DNA of 64,000 nt from the human T2T-CHM13v2.0 reference genome, Homo sapiens: the NCBI RefSeq assembly GCF_009914755.1, contig NC_060944.1. The stretch is one strand, 5' to 3'. The notes under the pieces were generated by a model. That model saw only the letters and a list, made by a program, of their open reading frames with translations, ran no database searches and was not told where the DNA came from. The position numbers and the translations under genes are program-made. Each line of letters opens with the position of its first letter. Position 1 is the stretch's first letter. Shown piece after piece: positions 53,473-64,000 of the stretch.

Positions 53473-54669
53473 TGTCTTTCTTTAAATAGCACATTAAAGA
53501 CGTAATTTCTTGTTTCCCTGAGCTTAAATGCCACCAATATGACAGGAGTATTATTTTATATCTATCATTTGTTGTAGGCACACACAATTTTGGTTACATT
53601 AGGGACTATGTGGGATTTTATGAGCCTACACTGGAAACCTAATAACCAGATCTAACATCGTTAAGGGGAACATATTTCTATCTTACATATCTCAGGTGTA
53701 TAGCCCATTCTGTGACTGGATAGTTCTTATAGTGCCAACTTAGTAGTGAATACCAAGCAGAAATATGTGCTGGGAAAATCTGGCTACAGTGAGTCATTTT
53801 GTGCTAAATATTTACAGGATCCAAAAGTATGATCCAGCTAGCAGGAAGAAAGTCTTAGGATCAGCAATCTAATAAATATCTGACATATATCCATGTATCT
53901 GGTCAGGAAATAGTACTGTGGTGATAATTACAGTCACATCTAGTGTAGGCCACAGGCACTGTGCTAGGCTCCAGGGATAACATGATGGGTAGGGCAAACA
54001 TGGACCTTACAGTCCAAACAAGTCATCTCGCTGCGAAGCCTGGCTGTAGCCTGGCTGCGTAGGCCATGGTGAGTGCTGGGAAGGAAAGGTGGAGACCGCC
54101 CACAGGCCTGCTGGGGCCTCACCTGCCTGGAGGCTGGACAGTCTGTGGGGCCCAGATATAGCTGTGGGCAGCCTGAGGCCTTGACATGGGCTCTTCAGAA
54201 GCACTGGTTCCAGCTCATCCATATTAGTAAATTACTCTGATAAATGTAAGTAATCATATTTTTAAACCAGTTTGATTTGTCCCAAAATGAATAATCAAAG
54301 TTTTTGTCTACTAGGCTTTTTTCTGGAGGGGGCCCCAAAATATAAGACTTTGGTTATTCTAAGAGTTAGCACCATGCTTATATTTTGCTGTATGACAACA
54401 TTATATATGGGCATTTGAGTGAAGCCCATGTTATTGTTCACAGTTCTAAATGCTATTGTTATCAATAATGATAACAATATGAGGGATTATGTATAAAAGT
54501 ACCTAACTTTGTGCCTGGCATAGAGGAGTACAGAGATAAACATGAACTGGATCTAAAAATCCTTTACAAAGTAAATGTGAGCAGTGTTGCAGAAAGAACT
54601 CACAACTGCACAAAGATTATGAAAAGAATAACCTCCCACAGAATGGAGACATTTAAAGGCAAGAAATTG

Positions 54670-54978
54670 GGCCAGACGCAGAGGCTCACGTCTATAATCC
54701 CAGCACTTTGGGAAGCCAAGGTGGGGAGATCACTTGAGGTCAAGAGTTCAAGACCAGCTTGGTGAACATGTCAAAACTTCGTCTCTACTAAAAATACAAA
54801 AATTAGCCTGGCATAGTGGTGCGGGCCTGTAATTCCAGCTACTCAGGAGGCTGAGGTGGGAGAATGGCTTGAACCTGAAAGGTGGAGGTTTCACTGAGCT
54901 GAGATCGCGCCACTGCACTCCAGCCTGGGCAACAGGCGAGACTCTGTCTCGAAAAATAAAAATGAAAATAAAAAAAAG
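54670..54978 (+). mobile_element. AluS
   Basis: Full dimer; aaaggcaaga repeated on the flanks. Confidence 0.9.
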
Positions 54979-55231
54979 GCAAGAGGTGGACCTGGTCAAG
55001 AATAGTAGGCCATCTTACATATTAATAACTAGTTTTTATCATGTTTTATTATATTTGTGGAAGGATGTGATTTGACCTGTAACATGTTTTATTTATTTAA
55101 TATAACATTATATTATCACGGCATTCTACTATATTTTATGGGAAATGAAAGAACTATAACTAGTCTTAGAAAGCCTGTTTAAATGAAAAGTTTGAGATGA
55201 AATCACTCAGGCAGTCATCTCCCATATGACC

Positions 55232-55645
55232 ATGCTGGTTTGCACTGCTGGTCAGTAAATATTCATCCTTCTCTCCCTCCTGTGTGGGCAGAGTGGACGT
55301 CCTCACTCCCGTGCTCATGGGCCAAAGCAAGTGACCATGACACTTGCTTTGGTCAATGGGATGTTAGTGGATATGATGTGGGCGGAGGCTTGACATGTGC
55401 CTGGGCCCTTGTGCTTGCCTTTCTGTGCACCTGCATTTCCCCATAGATAGCAAATGCCTCAGGTAGCTGTCAATCCAAGCAGGATGAAACACACATGGTG
55501 CAAACAAACCCAGCCACAACCTAGAGCCAGATCAGCTGACATCAGTCCACCCACAGGTGTGTAGACCACCCACAACGTGCTTCTTGTTTGACATTGAGTT
55601 TTGACGTGGTTTGCTATGCAGCATTATTATGATGATAACTGACTC
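55232..55645 (+). mobile_element. MLT1 (I/J-like) solo LTR
   Basis: cacttgctttggtcaatgggatgttagtgga ... gtggtttgctatgcagcattattatgatgataactgact. Confidence 0.65.
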
Positions 55646-57327
55646 TTAAGATAACCGAAGTCTCATATTTTTGTTAAACATAAAGGTAGCCAAAACTGTT
55701 TAGAAGTCACATTATCTAGAAATAAACCTGTAATTTTGAAATCAGATATTTTACAAAATGTATTACCTTTGGAATTGAAAAGTATCGTCCTCTCCAGCTG
55801 CCTGCAGTCCGTGGACCACCCTTGCTGGATCAGACACCTCTCCAAACCCCAGCAGCACCACAGGCCCAGTTTTCCATGAGCCTGTGAAGAATAAGCCCAG
55901 CTCACAGTAGAGCTGCTAACAGCCATCATGAAAGAGACCAGAAAATACAAAATCCTTAGCTGTGTGAGACCTAAACACACTTAAATTCGTTCAACTGAAA
56001 ATGAATATTGTTTTGGCTTGCCTATTTCAAAAGGACAGAAGACCTAAAACCTTTTATAGTTTTCGGTTCAAGTTTTGCCTTTCCTTGCAGGCTGATTCTT
56101 TGTTGTGCCAGACAGCCAAGATTCATGTTTCGTAGCAGCTGGGAGCCTCAATAATTTAAGCAAAATGTTGCCTCTTTCAGCCAAGGAAAATGCAGCTCAC
56201 CAAGGAATGTTGCATTGTAGCATCTGAACAGAGTGGGGGTCATAGCCATAAAACTCTCCTAGCGTCCTAGCGAGGGCAGGAATGGAGAGACCCCACTCCC
56301 TCACTTCAGTGCCTTCTTGGCTTTCCATAGATGAAGAGCAGGGAGTATGGGAGAATTTTCTAGATGCTGTTAGCTTCCAAGAAGCCATCTGAAAGTTACT
56401 GTAGTTTATTTTTCCTAAGCAAACAAGACAAGCCATCACACTTCCTTTCAACTTTGGATTGAAAACAATTTGGGCATGATTTCCTCAACCAAATCAAATT
56501 AATACACTTGCCATTTATTTTGGCTTGTAAAATTCCTTTTCATATTATTTCATGAACAGGAGAAAAACAGAGAGACATTCAATGAAGTGTACATTTTGTG
56601 GTAAAATTGGTATATCTTACCTGGAAAATGAGTCTACAGCAGTTTATTTGTGAAAATGTGAAAATGCCAATTCAATGTCAAAAATAGCATATACTACATT
56701 TCATTAATTTAATAGTGTCATTGACCTTAAAACTGCTAAAATAGTAGAATAGCATATGTAATTGCTTCTGTAGTCTTTTTGAGAAATGTAAATAGTATAG
56801 ACTATTTATCATCAAAATGCTCTTACACAAGGGAAATCTGTCAAGATTATTTTGTGATTTTATTTTTGCTAACAAAAATACTGTCTTTCAGTCCCTCTAG
56901 CTAGGTCTTGACACATTATATTCTAAAAATCAGGGTTGAATCTTTGTAAAATTATCTGGTGAAAAGCAGAATGTTCTGGCCTTTAATTCTCAAAAAAGGG
57001 AAAACTTCCTTGAAATCAATCCAGTTCAACATTTAAATATTAAAATATCAGTAACATCATGAGCATGAATATTTTTTACCATTGCCTTTTTGTCTGTAAG
57101 GAAGAACTAGTATACATTGCCAACATTAGTAATTTGGTTTCCTTAATAAGTATAGCAAATTGGGAACAAAAGCAAGATAAAAGGTTTTTTTCTAGACAGT
57201 TTCTTTCAGCCTAATTTCAACTTCAAATTAGAGGAACATAAATGAATGTCCTACTTCTGCATTAAAAGTACTTGACTACTTTGTGGGATGTTTTGTGCTG
57301 ATTCTTTACTAAATGATCTTGGTCGCC

Positions 57328-57340
57328 GTTGCTAGGTAAC
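57328..57340. promoter_or_regulatory. RFX X-box motif GTTGCTAGGTAAC
   Basis: Close match to the X-box consensus GTTRCY-N(0-3)-RGYAAC, in non-repeat CpG-containing sequence ~125 bp upstream of the CpG-rich exon of a motile-cilia gene. Function is inferred. Confidence 0.55.
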
Positions 57341-57464
57341 ACCGCTGGCTTCCTGCAGCTGAAAAATGAGAGGGTTATACGGAGCAATTCGGCATTATTA
57401 GCATTTGACTAAGGTTTTTTGGTTTTCTGAACTGTATATCTTAGCGTTTTCCCTTCTTTCCTAG

Positions 57465-57757
57465 GGAATATCATTGTCTATGGGAATACAATTGATACTT
57501 ACACCACCGTGGAGACGCTCTTAAACCTTGGCGTGAGCGGCAGCCGCATCCACCTCGTGCAGCCCCCGCCCGCCTCCACCATCACCTGCATCAACAACTA
57601 CTCGGTGGAGAGCGCCGTGGCGGACGCGCTAGGAGCCGCCGGAGTCACTATGTACCGGGATGCGATCCTGGCCCAGTGGAATGACGGCCTGCACCCAGAC
57701 CCCATCTACAGCGCCTCCTTCACCACACCCACCAAGCCTTTCAGACTCCAGTGCTCT
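57465..57757 (+). CDS. CFAP61: CFAP61 internal coding exon (293 nt, phase 1 to 0): (G)NIIVYGNTIDTYTTVETLLNLGVSGSRIHLVQPPPASTITCINNYSVESAVADALGAAGVTMYRDAILAQWNDGLHPDPIYSASFTTPTKPFRLQCS
   Basis: cccttctttcctag acceptor and TCT|gtaagt donor. Same frame as ORF 57509..58102. G+GG completes a Gly codon with the previous exon. Confidence 0.95.
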
Positions 57758-57879
57758 GTAAGTGGGTCCCTGCAAACCTCACTCACCAGCCAGGGACAGA
57801 GGACATCTCCAAGGGATTTGGGGGTCTGGAAGATTGCGGGCAGTGAATTTGTAGTACCAGATGTTGGATTTTGTTTTCT

Positions 57880-58400
57880 GTGTGTTCAGATTACCTCTTG
57901 CTGGGTAACAACCCACCCCAGACTCAGTGGCATAAAGCAACAACAACCGTTTATTATTCTTATCTCTCCTGGTTTTTTATTATTATTTTATTATCCTTAT
58001 CTCTTCTGGCTTTGGCCAGACTCAGCTGGGAAGTTCTCACTTGAGGTCGCTCATGCGGCTGAAGTCAGCAGTGGGTGGGCTGGAATTGTCTCAAAAGCAT
58101 AGTCACTCACATGTCTGGCTGTTGATCCTGAATCAACTTTAGTTGAGATTTTCACCAGAACACTTAGAAGTGGCCCCTTCATGGGACTGGCTTCCTCACA
58201 ACATGGTGGTTTGGGTCTGAGGGTAGAGTGGAGAGAGAGGCAGTGTCAGCTGTGTCACCCTGGATGACCTGGCCTCTGAAATCAAGCAGCATTCCTCCCA
58301 CCACATTCTATTTGCTAGAGGCAAGTTGCCAGGACCAGCCCATATTCAAGGAGTGGGAAATTAAACCCTGCCTGTTCATGGAGGTCAAAGATTTGAATGG
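57880..58400 (-). mobile_element. MLT1 LTR (antisense)
   Basis: gtaacaacccaccccagactcagtggcataaagcaacaac ... gcttcctcacaacatggtgg. Confidence 0.65.
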
Positions 58401-59522
58401 AGAGCGCTTCTCTTTACGGAGAGCTTGCCATGCCCCAGGACATTCTGTCAACTCATCAGGACAGCTCTGTAAAGGGAAGTATCCCCAGTTTACAGAGAAC
58501 GCTGTGGCTCTAAGTCAGTGGCACTGCTGGTTCCCTGCCCAGCCCAAGGTCTATGCTGCCATTAACCTCTTAAGATTCTGGCAACAGCAGTGGTGAGTCT
58601 TTCCCCATGACACACAACTTCTGGCAATGTGTATAGAGAGAGCACTTTCCTTTCCAGGTGGGTGACACCCCACCTTCCAGCCTGCACCCTCAGAGTTTAC
58701 AGCTTAGGAGGTTAGTAGAAGCCCTCAGGGAGGGAAGGAGGGAAGGGGCCGGTCCATCTCACTGAGAAGCAGGGGAACCTTGCTCGAAAGGGAAGCTGAG
58801 GTCGGTATGAGGATAATGGTTGTGTAGGTCAAGGGTGTGTGTTAACGGTTGTGATAAAGAATGCCTGCTAACATCCAGTGGGCAAGCCATTTAGGGGCAG
58901 GCATTCACAGCAGGCCCTTACCTAGGAGTGGGGGGTGATCAGCCTAAGTCAGGGCTTCTCACTCAGGTGCAGCTAAGGATTGAGAATGGTGGCTCTCACC
59001 CCCACCCCAACCCAGAACTCAAAGGACAGGGGCTCAAAGCAGACCACTGAAAAAGACTAAAAAGGAAGATTTTTTTAAGAATCTCTCATTTTATCCTGAG
59101 ATCCATGGAAATTGTGTATTCTACTCTGTAGTTCATTCATTTATTCATTCATTCCATAAATATTTATTGAACACCTGCTAGGTCCCAGGCTCTGTCCTCG
59201 ATGTTAGGGATGTAACAGTGAAAAAGACAGGACAAGTCCACTTTATTTTAAAAAGTGATACTGTCTATACATGTATGTCATGACACCTATTTAAGACAGG
59301 AAATATCAAAATATTTTTGCACAAATTTTCCCTCAAAAATGGCAAACCTGGAAGATTGCCACGTTTATTCTGGAGCACCTCTAGAGGTGAGTGTGTGCCT
59401 TGTTCAGGAAGCAGAGGCCTGAGAAAACCTCCCCAAACATCCCATTGGATAGCAGCTCTTCTGACCTTCACTTTCCTATTCAGATTAGAATCAAACTCCT
59501 GACAAAAACGTCTGGCAAATTA

Positions 59523-59969
59523 AATTGACCCTTGAACACATGAGGAGTAAGGGCAGCAACCCTCCTCACAAAGTTGAAAACCCACATAGAGCTTTTGACT
59601 CTCCAAAAACTTAGCTACTAAAAGCCTACTGTTGACCAGAAGCCTAACTGGTCACATAAACAGTTGATTATATGAAAATGTATTTTGTATTTTATATGTA
59701 TTGTATACTCTATCCTCACAATAAAGTAAACTAGAGAAAAGAAAATGTTATTAAGACAATCATAAGGAAGAGAAAATATATTTATTCTTCATTAGGTGGA
59801 AGTGGATCATCATAAAGATCTTCATCCTCATTGTCTTCACGTTGAGTAGGCTGAGGAAGAGAAGGAAGAGGAGGGGTGGGTCTTGCTGTCTCAGGGATGG
59901 CAGAGGCAGAAAAAAAATCTATGCATAAGTGACACACAGTTCAAATCCATGTTGCCCAAGGGTCAGCTG
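59523..59969. mobile_element. Tigger2a/MER28-type DNA transposon
   Basis: TIRs (a)attgacccttgaaca ... tgttgcccaagggtcagctg, flanked by TA. Confidence 0.8.
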
Positions 59970-60313
59970 TAACCTCAACTGTCTTGATCCAAGGCACCTT
60001 CCTGCTACATTTTCATCCTAACACCGTCTGAGTCAGACATTGGCTTGTTTGCTGTTATATTCTTTCTCCTACCTTCCCTGGTCTGCTTGGTCTCACAAAG
60101 AATGGCCCCTGCAGATGACATTTCCCAGGTTCCATTATTCTCTGATTTTCATCTCTATTTGAACAATAGTTTGTACCTGTGGGAGATTAAACATGGGAAG
60201 CGGGGAGTCAGGGTAGGTATCTCTCATACTGTCTGCTTTGGGCAGCATCTGTCAGGGCATTAAGCACTTTTTGGTGGGGATGAATATGTCCATCCTCTTC
60301 ACTATGGTCTTGG

Positions 60314-60763
60314 TGTCATGAGTTGAATTACATCCCCTAGAAAGATATGTTGATGTCCTGACCCCCAGTACCAGTGAACATGACCTTATTTGGAAATAAA
60401 GCCTTTGTCGATGTAAGCAAGTAAAGAGAAAGTCATCCTGGATCAAGGTGGGCCCTAAATCCAATGGCTGGTGTCCTTAAATAGAGAGATTTGATGGCAT
60501 ACAGGGACACGCAATGAAGAAAACCTCACGACAGTGGAGGCAGAGGTTGGTGTGATGGCAGCTGCAAGTCATGGAATGGCAGGAATTGCTAGCAACCGCC
60601 AGGAAGTAGGAAGAGGCAGGGAAGCCTTCTTCCCTAGAGCCTCTGGAGGGAGCATGTTCCTGACAATACTTGGATTCTCCAGAACTGTGAGAGAATAAAT
60701 TTCTCTTGTCTTGAGCTACCCAGTTTGCGGTACTTCATTACAGCAGCCCTAGGAAACGAAAGC
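60314..60763 (+). mobile_element. MLT1B/C solo LTR
   Basis: gtgaacatgaccttatttggaaata...ggtgggccctaaatccaat ... ccagaactgtgagagaataaatttct...cagccctaggaaac. Confidence 0.8.
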
Positions 60764-60819
60764 AGATGATGTCACAGTGTATGTACCTACTAAAACTATG
60801 ATGTTGATAACCAGAATCA

Positions 60820-63770
<2,951 letters not shown>

Positions 63771-63774
63771 AAGA

Positions 63775-64000
63775 TTATATTAATGTTTTTAGTGCTGCAT
63801 GACAAACTGCCACAAATTTAGCAGCTTAAAATAACATCCATTTACTAGTTTATAGCTCTAGTCAGAAATGCAGGCAAGGTGTGGCTGGCTTCTCTGCTTA
63901 GGGACTCTTAAGGCTAAAATCAAGGTGCCAATCAGGCTGCATTCTATCTGGAGCTTGAAGTCCTCTTCCAGACTTGTGTGATAGTAATAGAAGTTAATTC
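63775..64000 (-). mobile_element. MLT1 LTR fragment running off the window
   Basis: caaactgccacaaatttagcagcttaaaataaca ... aggctaaaatcaaggtg. Confidence 0.65.

Noticed and set aside
59376-59389. 14-bp perfect palindrome CACCTCTAGAGGTG, CTCF-like
   Set aside because: Several palindromes of this length are expected by chance in 64 kb, and it mismatches the conserved GGC of the CTCF core.

Overview
Human (primate) genomic DNA lying wholly inside the + strand gene CFAP61 (C20orf26, 20p11.23), a cilia/flagella radial-spoke-associated protein. Five internal coding exons splice in frame with canonical AG/GT sites: 8524-8651, 26391-26489, 31869-32037, 43238-43412 and 57465-57757 (864 nt, 288 codons). 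They encode the pyridine-nucleotide-disulfide-oxidoreductase-like (Rossmann) part of the protein. The rest is intron. It holds a processed RPL17 pseudogene (- strand, inserted in a MER5A, with target-site duplication), a complete THE1B-type retroelement with a 5-bp TSD nested in a MIR, many Alus, MaLR/ERV LTRs, hAT/Tc-mariner fossils, old L1/L2/CR1 fragments and microsatellites. Three things are not explained by standard annotation. (1) A cluster of local duplications at 36.7-50.4 kb: a ~165-bp inverted copy, a 170-bp-period tandem pair, and two 75-76-bp direct copies each ~0.8 kb from their partner, one pair bracketing a coding exon. (2) A strong RFX X-box just upstream of a CpG-rich internal exon, a candidate intragenic promoter. 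(3) Several non-repetitive homeodomain/proneural E-box motif clusters, candidate long-range enhancers, possibly for the neighbouring INSM1 gene. No new gene or prokaryote-type system is supported. Repeat subfamily names and identity figures are by-eye estimates.
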